NCBI GenBank assembly: GCA_964016885.1
Contig: OZ024755.1
Span: forward strand, 16,802,001-16,866,000
DNA length: 64,000 nt
Source: Eledone cirrhosa
Taxonomy: Eukaryota
Direction of reading: 5' to 3'
Shown here: positions 26,038 through 41,530 of the stretch, piece after piece
How the letters are laid out: each line of letters begins with the position of its first letter
Position numbering within the stretch: the first letter of the stretch is position 1
Made by a program: the position numbers and the translations under genes
The notes under the pieces: model-generated
The model's database searches: none
What the model saw: only the letters and a program-made list of their open reading frames with translations
What the model was told of the DNA's origin: nothing

Positions 26038-26610
26038 AGTGGTAGGTTTAATCCCTCATATGGTAGACTTAATCATCGGAGGGTAGACTTAATCTATTGA
26101 TGGTAGACTTAATCTATCGGATGGTAGATTGATCCATCGGATGGTAGTCTTGATCTATCGGAGGGTAGACTTGATCCATTGGATGGTAGACTTAATCATC
26201 GGAGGGTAGACTTAATCTATTGATGGAAGACTTAATCTATCGGATGGTAGATTGATCCATCGGATGGTAGTCTTGATCTATCGGAGGGTAGACTTGATCC
26301 ATTGGATGGTAGACTTAATCCATCGGATGGTAGATTTAATCTATGGGATGGTAGACTTGATCTATTGGATGGTAGACTTAATCCATCGGATGGTAGATTT
26401 AATCTATGGGATGGTAGACTTGATCTATCGGAGGGTAGACTTGATCCATTGGATGGTAGACTTAATCCATCGGATGGTAGATTTAATCTATGGGATGGTA
26501 GACTTGATCTATCGGAGGGTAGACTTGATCTATTGGATGGTAGACTTAATCCAACTGACTTGATCTATTGGATGGTAGACTTGATCCATCGGAGGGTAGA
26601 GTTGATCTAT
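26038..26610. repeat. 20/21-bp minisatellite, ~27 copies
   Basis: Unit TGGTAGACTTAATCCATCGGA with variants. Confidence 0.95.
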
Positions 26611-26954
26611 GTCGACGTTCTGACGACTCAGTCAGTTCGCTACCTTAGAAGACATACTAGAGTCGAATATAATAATTTACTGCTCCCAATTGCTGTAAGT
26701 TGCCTTAATATCGGTGAGCAAGAGCTATAGGCCACGGAAGAAAGAAGGGGATAGGGTGATGGACTCTATGCCAAGGGTTATTGTGCGACACTACATAGGA
26801 AAGACTTTCTAATTCCAAGCTTATTTTATTACGAATTTGTAACATTAAAAATTCCTGTAAGGACATTTTGCAAAGCGAATTGATATTTAATTTACGATTT
26901 AATTTCTTGCTTTACTATCCATTTTAGTTTTCTTTTTTTTTTTTTGTCTTGCAG

Positions 26955-27475
26955 GTGTCTCATACTGTGGTAGAACCGTATAATGCGACACTGTCTTTAC
27001 ACGAACTGGTGGAAACTGCAGATGGAAATTTCTTCATAGACAATGAAGCATTGTATAACATATGTCTCCATACTTTGAAACTTACTACTCCTTCTTATGG
27101 GGACTTGAATCATTTAGTCTCGGCTACAATGGCTGGTGTTACGACATGCCTGAGGTTTCCAGGTCAATTGAATGCAGACTTGCGTAAACTTGCTGTCAAT
27201 ATGGTTCCATTTCCTAGGCTGCATTTCTTTATACCTGGCTTCGCCCCCCTAACAGCTCGAGGTAGCCAGCAATATAGAGCTTTGTCTGATCAGTTCATCG
27301 CTACATTGGTACACTGATCAGTTCATGGCTACATTGGTACACTGGAGAAGGCATGGATGAGATGGAATTCACAGAAGCTGAAAATAACGTGCATGATTTA
27401 ATCTCCGAGTACCAGCAATACCAGGAAGCCACTGGTGAAATGGACGGTAATTTTCAGAATGACGAAGACGATTAA
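26955..27475 (+). pseudogene. TUBB: Beta-tubulin pseudogene, last-exon remnant with internal deletions and frameshift
   Basis: Acceptor ttgcag|. Encodes [14 protein letters not shown]...[27 protein letters not shown]...GSQQYRALS, then jumps to the C-terminal [13 protein letters not shown]. No 5' exons found in the window. Confidence 0.93.
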
Positions 27476-29386
27476 AATATTTAAACTTTCTATTAAATTA
27501 TTTCAGTAATTCTAGCAACGTGTATTAAACATATTTTTTCTTTTGTTTTTTTTTCGCGGCTGGGTGTACCAGTCGTGCTGTTATTAATCGGTCTGAATAT
27601 CTTGTCTAATAAAGGTACGAACCCAATTATTCGCTCTAACGGTGATTCCAAAAGTTGTCTTTCATTTAACTCGTTTACCTAACACTCCAACCGACCTGCC
27701 GTCGTATAATTAAATATTGCATTGTTTATGGAATAAAATAATATGGAATAAAATTATACAAATGTTCTTTTATTTCTTTAAATTAAAAAAATTTTCTATT
27801 TCAGTAATTTAAATGTTCGTATTTAGTTCTGATCTATTTAATTTTTTTTTTTTTCCAAATATTAAAGACTCAATATTTTTTTTAGCTGTCAACTTAGCTG
27901 GCAAAAAAAAAGAGAATTGGTGGTGGGGGATGAGGCGTTGAGGGTATTACGTGACCGTGAGGGTGTGGTGTGTGGGTGGCCCCAAAATTTGAATCTCTGC
28001 TCCAGCGTATAAGCATTGAAGCTGAAAAATGTCTGCTATATCTTGAGTGAAACCTGTTTACAAGCTTATCATTATAATTAATGTTCTACATAAAAACAAA
28101 AACACTAGTTGATTATTACCGAACTGGATGGTGTCGGACAACAGTTATTTATAAGATGTACTGTTCTAAATTTCCTAAAGTAAGATAAGTTTCGAGTACT
28201 GTGGGGTTGAGGTGATATTCTGGTGTCTCCGGATAAGAAAATATGTCATTGGAAAAAAAAAAAAAAAAAAAAATGAAGAGTGTGTTTGTTGTTTGCGTCT
28301 CCTTCGCGAACCTCGGGTTAACGCTTTATCCATTCCGTCTACTGGGACCTACAGGACATCTTGTACCCACAGTTGACTGTACCTGTAATTACTCAAGGTG
28401 TCTGTCAGTCTTGTCACACACTGTATCGTGCAGCATTTCCCCGAGAATGATGTTATGGGTACACGTGTCTGTGGGAATGCTCAGCTATTTACACATTAAT
28501 TTTATGATGAGCAAGCGGTTCCGTTGATCGAATAACTGGAACATTACCGAAACCGACGGAGATCCATCTCAATTGAAACTGGGTTTTGAAACCGTGTATT
28601 GAAACCGGATCACGAAGTTGGCTTCACGAAAGCATACATCTTGTCAGATAGGGCTCGCAAAACATGCGGTCAGTTACGTTCATGATCACGTTTGTAAACA
28701 ACAACCACAACAAAAGCATAATTAATATCGATCTCTAATTGTAGGCACAAAGCCAACAAATTTGTGGGGGGGGGGGGGGGGGGAGAGCAAAGTCGATTAA
28801 ATCGACGCAGTGCGTTATTGGTTCTTTATTTTATCAATCTCGGAAGGATGAAAGGCAAAGCTAACTATGACGAGATTTGAGCTCAGACGTAGCTATATGC
28901 TGTAAAAGCATTCTGTCCGATGCTCTACCGATTTTGCCAACCCAGCTCTCGCCATTACAATTAATATTGAAAACTGCTTTTTTTTTTTATTTATGAAAGC
29001 ATCTGTTTGATGGCTGGCTACAATATTGATTGTATCTGTTACAAAGGCAAGTTAACTCATTATATTCGACTAACAACCGACATTACACTAGATTCAGAAT
29101 ATTCATTCTTCCACGTTCAGGAAAGCCATGTCACTCAGACCTAACACTACAGCTGATGATATTAATGGGAATTCTAGAACTGTTTATTTCAATTGCCCTC
29201 CCTTAACTGGTTTGAAAAGGAAATGTTTCGTGATTGAAAACAATACATGTTTAACCTGTATAGCTAGAAGGATGAAGACCAGTGTGTTTTGACAATATAG
29301 AAATATGCTACATTATAATACAAACGAGGATAACATGCAACATGTTTAATGGGCTGTGGATTAAAAATATTCATTGATACACACAT

Positions 29387-29419
<33 letters not shown>

Positions 29420-29514
29420 GGAACGAGTAGGACCCCGACGGCTGAGCTCAAGCCGTTTCGACGTCTAATTCTGGACTAAATGAAAATGTTTATTCTGGTA
29501 CATGAATAGCCGAG

Positions 29515-30286
<772 letters not shown>

Positions 30287-30949
30287 GTGTGTGTTTGTGT
30301 GTGTTTCAAAGCAGAAAATCTTTCCACCGGAAAAAAAAGAGAAAAAGGAAATGGGGAAAAAATTCTGTGACGAATCCTGATATTTACTCAATCGATCGAT
30401 TGACTACAATGTAAATATTTTCTATTGATTCTGTAGTGAGAATTCCCTTCCACCCTGTATTCAATATTGGATGTATACATGTGTATGATGTCACTAAGAC
30501 CAGGTGTAATGACTGCTGTTTGCCGTGTAAGTTATTAGTATCAATTATCTGTTATTGCTTGTTATTGGCAGCAAATTTAACGTCGATTCTGGCGTGAAGA
30601 ATTGTTTGACCAAGTTTTCAGGCTTTGGACAGAAAAGAGAGGAATGTCCAACAAAAAAATAAGAAAAAAACAACAACAAAAAAACCCCCAAAACAAACAA
30701 ACAAACAAAGCAAAACAAAACAAAACAGCACAATGAAAAAATTAAAAGTGTCCCCGCAAAACAAAAAATTAAAAGTGTCCCCGCATATATAGTTATAATA
30801 ATAAATGTGAAGACTAAAATCCAAAGAGGATAAGGATAAATATATATCAAATATTAAAATAACAGATTAAAGTTTAAGCAAAGAATCGCTGCTTTCACCC
30901 TTAACGGGATCTTCTGAGTTTCAGAACTTTAATCTGTTAATTTAATAAA

Positions 30950-31006
<57 letters not shown>

Positions 31007-31122
31007 TTAATATAGAAAAGGCTTCTACAGGACTAGAACTGTTTCAATTAAATACTTATACTGCTTTGTATTGACTACATTACTTACTGTGGTTACCCCC
31101 GATTGAACCCGGGATAAACTTA

Positions 31123-31159
<37 letters not shown>

Positions 31160-31502
31160 CAATAACAGAGATAGCTTAAAGCTAAACTCTGACTGGTAAC
31201 CATCTCACTCAACAAACATTAGGTTATATGTTAGTATAAACCTAATTTAAGTGTTTGGGGTGCTAACTATATGTATTATGTGGAAAGCCAGTTGTATTAT
31301 TTTATGAGATATAATTAAAGTTAAAATATATCTCTCTTTCCAAACAATTGTTTCATTATAAGTTTTCTACAAATTAGGAGAATGTTTCCAGTTTATGTAG
31401 AAGCCTAACATATATTCATGTAAGAATATATTTAGGTGGGCGTTTATGGGCGTTTATAAATCATCAGTGGAAGCCCATTAAACTTTGATATAAGAAAAAA
31501 TT

Positions 31503-31618
<116 letters not shown>

Positions 31619-31621
31619 AAA

Positions 31622-32182
31622 ATGGTTCCATTTCCTAGGCTGCATTTCTTTATACCTGGCTTCGCCCCTCTAACAGCTCGAGGTAGCCAGCAATATAGAG
31701 CTTTGTCTGTAGCAGAACTTACACAGCAGATGTTTGATTCGAAGAATATGATGACTGCCTGTGATCCAAAATGCGGTCGCTACCTGACCGTTGCTACTAT
31801 ATTCCGAGGCCGTATGTCTATGAAGGAGGTTGATGATCATATCAAAAATATGCAGGATAAGAATAGTAGTTACTTTGTTGACTGGATTCCAGACAATATA
31901 ACTACAACCGTCTGAGATATTGTTCCGCGTGGATTTAAAATGTCTGGTGTATTTATGGGCAACAGTACGGCTATCCAAGAGTTATTTTTACGCATCGCTG
32001 ATCAGTTCATGGCTATGTTTAAGCGTAAAGCTTTCTTACATTGGTACACTGGAGAAGGCATGGATGAGATGGAATTAACAGAAGCTGAAAGTAACGTGCA
32101 TGATTTAATCTCTGAGTACCAGCAATACCAGGAAGCCACTGCTGAAGTGGACGGTGATTTTCAGAATGACGAAGGCGATTAA
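31622..32182 (+). pseudogene. TUBB: Beta-tubulin pseudogene, 5'-truncated, premature TGA at 31913-31915
   Basis: [10 protein letters not shown]...[16 protein letters not shown]...[22 protein letters not shown]. The Cys codon of TAVCDI is TGA. Begins directly after (TA)n. Shares ~310 nt of 3' UTR with the first copy. Confidence 0.93.
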
Positions 32183-32496
32183 AATATTTAAACTTTCTAT
32201 TAAATTATTTCAGTAATTCTAGCAACGTGTATTAAACATATTTTTTCTGTTGCTTTTTTCGCGGCTGGGTGTACCAGTCGTGCTGTTATTAATCGGTCTG
32301 AATATCTTGTCTAATAAAGGTACGAACCCAATTATTCGCTCTAACGGTGATTCCAAAAGTTGTCTTTCACTTAACTCGTTTGCCTAACACTCCAACCTAC
32401 CTGCCGTCGTATAATTAAATATTGCATTGTTTATGGAATAAAATAATCGTTAGTTTATACAAATGTTCTTTTATTTCTTTAAATTTTTAAATTTTC

Positions 32497-32655
32497 CTCA
32501 CGCACCAGAGTATTCGATACCTAGGGTAGCAGAGTGGGTAATAGGAAAAGAGTCAGGACCCCGACGGCTGAGCACCGTCCTTTTCGACAGCTAGATCCGA
32601 ACTAGCTGTCGGAACGGCCGAGTCCCGCCGTCGGGGTCCTGACACTTTTCCTATT
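32497..32655 (-). mobile_element. Older subfamily of the hairpin-headed element; other pieces at 29420-29480 and 59051-59200
   Basis: Contains GGGTAATAGGAAAAGAGTCAGGACCCCGACGGCTGAGC...GCCGTCGGGGTCCTGACACTTTTCCTA. Confidence 0.75.
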
Positions 32656-32835
32656 TATATATACACAGACGTATATACTACATAAATAATCCAATATTCG
32701 GTCAAGAGGTTGAAGAGCAAACAACAAACAATTGTCCCAGATACACTAATTAGCACACGCGCACATACACACACATACAATCATACACACATTCTATTTG
32801 GGTGTAGATATAATGTATATAACGATTGTATTACA

Positions 32836-32904
<69 letters not shown>

Positions 32905-33313
32905 TCTCCCCCTCTCTATTTCTCTCTCCCTCTCTGTATATATTCATGTATATATGTGTACAATTCATGACTACATGTAGTTAAAAATTGCACGTACACA
33001 CACACAGGATCTCTTATAAACGGAATATTGTATTCACGGGGGAATCGAATGACTCAATCTGATACGATTTTGGTGAGAAGTTTGAGACAAATATAGAGAT
33101 TCAATGATTCAGTGCTGCTGTTGTTTAACCCATGGTCAGTCCTGAGACAGTTTGAGACAGTGATTCATTGCTGTTGCTGTTGTTTAGTCCATGGTCAGTC
33201 CTTTAGCTATCTTTACAGTATTTCTGCGCTTAAGCACTTTCTTTATACTTATATAATTACATATATTCTCATCGCTTCAAAACCCGAAAATTCGGCTTCG
33301 TACATTGTATGTG

Positions 33314-33344
<31 letters not shown>

Positions 33345-33357
33345 CTGTGTGTGTTGT

Positions 33358-33535
33358 GTGTCCCGGGTTAAATCGGGGGTAACCACGGTAAGTAAGGTAC
33401 TCAATACATAGCAGAGTATAAATGTTTAATATAGAAATAGCTTCTACAGGACTAGAACTGTTTCATTCGAAGGAAATCCTGATGATTTCCTTCGAATAAA
33501 ACAGTTCTAGTCTCGTATAAGCCATTTCTATATTC
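33358..33535 (-). mobile_element. Second hairpin-headed, microsatellite-flanked element family; deleted relative at 31009-31125
   Basis: Imperfect ~50-bp arms around CTGAT at 33479-33483. Arms contain GAAACAGTTCTAGTC; tail has ATTAAA and TATTGAGTAC. Confidence 0.7.
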
Positions 33536-34154
33536 TATATATATATATATATAATAGAATAATCGAGTATCGGAAAATCAGCTCACGAATTAACGATAAA
33601 CAAATCCGACATGAGTGGCAGAGGGCTCAATAATTCAGATAAATCAGAGCTATAACTATCGTTAAAATACCAACACACAAAGATTATGCCTAAAATCACC
33701 CATGCAGCCGAAAAAGAACGACCAGGAAGATTCGGGTCACTCAAATAAAATATCAATAAATCAATAATTTATATTCAATATATATATATTCTATATATAT
33801 TCTATGTATGTATATATATTTATACTCGGTCTCATGTAAAAGTCGACCCTAGAGTTTTTGCATTGGCCCCTAAAGTACTACAATGGGCACTCGAGAGATC
33901 CAATTGCCATCAGGCAAGCTGACGACATCCGCCACTGTGTGTAGGACATTTTTTATATAAAGGCAAGGACTGTGAGGGTTGAAGCTTTCCGCTGCAACAA
34001 ACTTGTCCATCGCATGCGCGGGTGGTCTTTTATTAATAGTATTTTTGTTTTGTTTCGTTCTGAAGGTGGTATGTGTATGTGTACACCCACACGTATATAT
34101 ATATATATATATACGATATTAAATAAATGGAAACTATATTTATAAAACCATATT

Positions 34155-34220
34155 TATTTCATTATATATATTTCAGGGATATCATATTAAAAATATGGTA
34201 TGCCTTCATCAGACAAAATA
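34155..34220 (-). ncRNA. Minimal type-I hammerhead ribozyme motif
   Basis: Minus strand reads TATTTTGT-CTGATGA-AGGcATAcCATATT-ttt-AATATGaTATcCCT-GAAA-T-ATAT-ATA-ATGAAATA. 8-bp stem I with 2 GU pairs and a 12-bp interrupted stem II. Confidence 0.7.
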
Positions 34221-34357
34221 CAATATAAACAGTCTTATAAATAGATAGATTTGACATACCTTACACTTCAACTTCCATTTAAAAAGTTGATTTGGTAGTT
34301 GATTTGGTATATATATATATGTGTACATATATATGTATATATATTTATGTTTATATG

Positions 34358-34456
<99 letters not shown>

Positions 34457-34531
34457 ATATGCGTGTGTATATATATATATATATATATATTTATATGAAT
34501 GTATGTCTATCCATATATGAATATGTATGCT

Positions 34532-34566
<35 letters not shown>

Positions 34567-35391
34567 CTGTGTGTGTGTGTGTGTATGTGTGTGTGTGTGT
34601 GTGCATTTATGTATATCCATTGGAGTGTGGGATTCTGTGAATGAGGATTCAAGCCAATTTAAGCTTTTGTGTTCACCCATGTGTAACTATATATACCCAT
34701 GTGTAACTATATATATAAAAAAAAATGAAGGTATATTTCCCGCGAAGAGATCGTTAGTGAATGGGATAAAAAACAACATGAACATCATAATTGAGAGGGA
34801 CAGACAGCTAGATAAGAGAGGTAAAGGGAAAAAACAGAGATGTAACTATGAATAGAGAAAAAGAGAGAGGGTGAGAGAGCGTGACATATTTATTAGCCAA
34901 TGAGATATCAACATAGCTCGATCAGCTAAAGAAAATAGTAGCAAAAACTCCCTCAAATCACACCCTTCTTCTTCTTCTTCTTCTTCTTCTTCTTCTTCTT
35001 CTTCTTCGCCGAATTATTCGCGTGTGTGTGTGTGTGTGTGGGGGGGGGGGGCAGTCCTCAAGTACCCGTTCAGAACCCAAGCTTATGGATGTTATCCAGC
35101 CATTTTGCACGGAGGTCCACCCCTGAATCTCCTGCCGCTTGAATTTGCCCTGCTGTCTTAAATAGGAAAGACATATTAAACAATGTAATCCTTGATATAT
35201 TAAAAGATAGTGTCATACGGCTATATGACCTTTGATCCAGAGGTCTGCTCAGTCGGAGTTAATTTTAGCTAATAATGAAGAGAAAGAGTGTTTGGTTTTT
35301 GGACAAGTTTTTAATAGTATATAACTTCAAGTCGACAAAAAACACCTTGTAAATGAAATTTAACAGACAGAAACCGCAGAAGCCCATCATA

Positions 35392-35522
<131 letters not shown>

Positions 35523-35595
35523 GATGGGCTTCTGCGGTTTCTGTCTGTTAAATTTCATTTACAAGGTGTTTTTTGTCGACTTGAAGTTATATACT

Positions 35596-35631
<36 letters not shown>

Positions 35632-35692
35632 TACTTATGCTCTTAGTTCAAATATATATATGTGTGTGTGTATATATATATATATTTATATA

Positions 35693-35728
<36 letters not shown>

Positions 35729-36038
35729 CGGTATATATTATATAAATAGCTCTTAATCTCTACCCTATCTTTCTCTGTCCCATTCTTTATACTTTCTCTA
35801 CCCCACTGTATGGTAAACTTCAAAACCTTCACCTATACCAATGCTCAAAGAATAATTGTTCCACATCACAGCACACGGATTGATAGTGTGAAACTCTTTA
35901 CTCCCACTCCCTCTCATCTCTCCTATCAGACTAACTAACTTTATTTCATGCTATTTTAAACTTATTCACATTTTCTTAAATGAAAATCTCATTACTGAAT
36001 TCTACCGCGTAGTGAATAGCTAAATTCCACTACTATAG

Positions 36039-36100
36039 GCTTTCTGATGAAGTGTAATATGTAAACAATTTATAATGGGAAGGGAAACATATGTCAAAGC
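36039..36100 (+). ncRNA. Minimal type-I hammerhead ribozyme motif
   Basis: GCTTT-CTGATGA-(33 nt, poorly paired)-GAAAC-ATAT-GTC-AAAGC, immediately followed by AATAAA; (TA)n at 36161. Confidence 0.7.
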
Positions 36101-36156
36101 AAATAAATTCATAATATCTTCACACCGTCGTTTTATTTTTCTTTGTACAATACTTG

Positions 36157-36267
<111 letters not shown>

Positions 36268-36529
36268 CGTAAAATAAGAAAATTTTTTTAAAAAGTTTAA
36301 AAAAATTTTTTAACTTACTTAAGTAAGTAAGTTAAAATTTTTTTAAAAAACTTTAAAAAAAAATTTTCTTATTTTACGTCTTTTATATTATTGTTCTGCA
36401 TCCTCCTGCATTGAACCACCTAGGTACTATGACATAACCTGTGTATTTTGCTGGCATTAGCGTACATCTGTGCGCTTATGTTAGTTGATATATTAAATTA
36501 TCTCTCTCTCTCTATATATATATATATGG

Positions 36530-36790
36530 TGGCTGCCAACTCGTTTTCGAGTACGGCCACTACTTTATATCCATGTAGGAGAACCCTTACCGATGCGCTG
36601 AACGAGTGTGACTTCTTAGTCCAGCCAGCGACTTGAAAACTCGGGTACAAACACTACACTTGTGACAATTACTGACACATAGTGCTGGGTCCAAGCTACC
36701 ATGTGACGACAAGTGGAGAGAGAGATCTCCAGATACAAAGCAATGCCTGTGCCGTGAAGCTTTTATAGTGAGCAAAGGCACTGCACAAAA
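36530..36790 (-). mobile_element. RTE-like LINE C-terminal fragment with C2H2 finger
   Basis: CSVCTRVFKSLAGLRSHTRSAHR* followed by a short UTR and microsatellite. Confidence 0.55.
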
Positions 36791-37151
36791 CCAGTCCCAC
36801 TCTCTTAACCAAGATGATATTTACCAAAAAGAAGTCAAGATCATTGGATACCATTAGGGTTGCAGATGTTATATCAGAGTTTTCCTTCTCCTAGAATTCT
36901 GCCTTGACAAAGGCTAAGGGGTCATCTCTCCCGGTGATTTTGGATGGCCATTGACTCTTAAGAGTTCCTTTGCCCTTTGACAGGTTTTGTTTTTAGTCCT
37001 GCAGGATGTCCAAAGTCACCCTCCTCACAAAGAAACCTTGGTGGGGTTGCCAGTTTAGTCGCCAACGACCCGACCATGAGTCAGGTTGTACTGGGATACA
37101 TGTTACCAGTAGCACCAACTGGTGACCTGACATAATATATATATATATATA

Positions 37152-37236
<85 letters not shown>

Positions 37237-37287
37237 ATATATATATTTATTAAAATAACAGATTTTAGTCTTCAATTTTATTATTAT

Positions 37288-37340
<53 letters not shown>

Positions 37341-37459
37341 GCAATATAAGTATATGTGCAATATTCAGTAGTAATAATATGTTTTATTCTCGGTGGTATG
37401 AAATGAAATATTAATAAAGCAACCGATTTTATTCAGTTTTTATTTAAACAGCCGTGTAT

Positions 37460-39115
<1,656 letters not shown>

Positions 39116-39251
39116 CTGTGAGTACTTTTTATGAACATATTGCAAGAATGTCTCTGATGTATTGTTGCCGTAGTTTTAATTTCCGCTGTTATTGGTTTGT
39201 TACAGCGGCCATATTGTATATACATGGGTCCAGTATGTTCCTACCTGCACA

Positions 39252-39311
<60 letters not shown>

Positions 39312-39333
39312 GCTACTACTACTACTACAACCA

Positions 39334-39403
<70 letters not shown>

Positions 39404-39604
39404 ACACGATATGCTGTATATTTAGCAGTTGGTTTGTTACAGCGGCCATCTTGTGTGCACACTGGTTCGGCCAATGGTAACTAGCTACCCCACAGCTCTC
39501 TTCATGTCTCACCACCACCACCACCACCACCACCACTACCACCATCACCACCACCATTGCCACCACCACCATCACCACCATTACCACCAATAGCACAACC
39601 ACCA
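39252..39604. repeat. (CTA)n and (CAC)n trinucleotide tracts
   Basis: Direct inspection. Confidence 0.95.
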
Positions 39605-40020
39605 TTAGGGTTAGGGTTAGCGTTGGGGTTGGGGTTAGGGTTAGGGTTGGGTTGGGGTTAGGGTTGGGGTTGGTGTTGGGGTTGGGGTTGGGGTTAGGGT
39701 TTGGATTAGGGTTGGGTTAAGGTTGGGTTTGGGGTTAGGGTTGAGGTTAGGGTTAGGGTTAGGGTTAGCGTTAGGGTTAGGGTTGGGGTTGGGTTTGGGG
39801 TTGGCGTTAGGGTTATTGTTAGGGTTAGGGTTAGGGTTAGAGTTAGTGTTAGGGTTAGGGTTAGGGTTAGGGTTAGGGTTAGGGATTAGGGTTAGGGTTA
39901 GTGTTAGGGTTTGGGTTAGAGTTAGGGTTAGGGTTAATGTTAGGGTTAGCGTTAGCGTTAGGGTTAGGGTTAGCGTTAGGCTTAATTTTAGGGTTAGGGT
40001 TATTTGTTAGGGTTAGGTTT
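39605..40020 (+). repeat. Degenerate interstitial telomeric repeat (TTAGGG)n
   Basis: ~68 hexamers of TTAGGG mixed with TTGGGG, TTAGCG, TTAGTG and TTAGAG. Confidence 0.92.
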
Positions 40021-40086
40021 AGTGTTATAGGTGACATGGAGGGTGGGGGATGGGAAAGAGATAAGAGTGTGGTGGATGGTGTAGGC

Positions 40087-40238
40087 TAGAGAGAAAAGAA
40101 AGAGAGAAAGAGAGAAAGAGAAAGAGAATGGAAGATGTGGATGGAGAGAGTGTGTGGGAGAGAGAGAGTGGGAAAGAGAAAAGGGGGAGATGAAGATGTC
40201 GAGGGTGATGGAGAGAAAGAGAGAGCGTGTGGAAGAGA

Positions 40239-40283
<45 letters not shown>

Positions 40284-40361
40284 GGAGGTAGATAGAGAGA
40301 GAGAGAGAGAAAGGAAGAAAATAGAGGAAGAGAGAGTGAGAGAGTGAGAGAGAGAGAGAGG

Positions 40362-40425
<64 letters not shown>

Positions 40426-40430
40426 TAGAG

Positions 40431-40512
<82 letters not shown>
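40087..40512. repeat. (GA)n/(GATA)n purine tract; similar at 48130-48402
   Basis: Direct inspection. Confidence 0.95.
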
Positions 40513-40515
<3 letters not shown>

Positions 40516-40834
40516 GCTTTTGGAAGGAAAAAATGTGTTGACAACATAATAATTACATATGACTCTAGGCAAGTTTATTCATTCTTTTCTACATAATAAT
40601 ACTTTACACTTGCATTAATGATTTCTTTTATAATAATAAATTCTTTTGTAGACATAGAAAGAGTAGAACGTTTCTTTTGTCATTCACCGAATTCACACCT
40701 TAAAATATGGCGAAAAACTAGCCTGATATGTGAGATTAGGCAGTTGGTGATGAATAATTATCAATATTATGGCTTTTGAATACATCTTAGATGGAAATAT
40801 ATCTATTTAAAAGAGAACATGTCTTTATAGTATA

Positions 40835-41530
40835 GGCAGGTCAAGCTTCTGCCTAATACTGGTACCATGTAATCCAGTACAACCTGCCCCATGGTCGAGT
40901 GGTGGCTACTAAACTCGTTCCTTCACCTTACACTGGTTTGGTTAGGTTAGGTTTCTGTTTGCTACTGATATCGTATAACCCAGTACAGCCTGCTTCATGG
41001 TCGTGTGGTCGGTGATTAAACTGGTTCCTTCACAACACACTGGTTTGGCTAGGTTAGGTTTCTGCTTGCTACTGATATCGTATAACCCAGTAGAGCCTGC
41101 TTCATGGTCGTGTGGTCGGTGATTAAACTTGTTCCTTCACATCACACTGGTTTGGCTAGGTTAGGTTTCTGTTTGCTACTGATATCGTATAACCCAGTAG
41201 AGCCTGCTTCATGGTCGTGTGGTCGGTGATTAAACTGGTTCCTTCACAACACACTGGTTTGGCTAGGTTAGGTTTCTGCTTGCTACTGATATCGTATAAC
41301 CCAGTACAGCCTGCTTCATGGTCGTGTGGTCGGTGATTAAACTGGTTCCTTCACATCACCTTGGTTTGGTGAGAGCAGGCTTCTGCCAGATACTGGTACC
41401 ATGTAACCCTTTACAGCCTGCTTCATGGTTGTGTGGTCGGTGACTAAACTGGTTCCCGCTCTAGACACTGGTCTGGTCTGGTCAGGTCAGGTTTCTGCCT
41501 GCTACTGGTACGATGTAACTCAGTACAACC
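40835..41530. repeat. 107-bp satellite, ~6.5 copies
   Basis: AGGTTAGGTTTCTG recurs at 40944, 41051, 41158 and 41265; edge copies are diverged. Confidence 0.95.

Noticed and set aside
26252-26730. Heptad-repeat ORFs (MVDLIHR)n and (DGRLNPS)n
   Set aside because: Product of the 21-bp minisatellite; units with 1-bp deletions break frame upstream.
29146-29192. CTGATGA here and at 60869 as further hammerheads
   Set aside because: No properly placed GAAA or stem II downstream.
31913-31915. TGA at a Cys position as possible selenocysteine or readthrough
   Set aside because: The copy is 5'-truncated and no SECIS was recognised; a single nonsense mutation is simpler.
36587-36781. C2H2 zinc-finger gene
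   Set aside because: Single finger at an ORF end in a retroelement context; fits an RTE-type LINE C-terminus better than a tandem ZNF gene.
39723-40089. (GL)n/(VR)n ORFs
   Set aside because: Translations of TTAGGG repeats.
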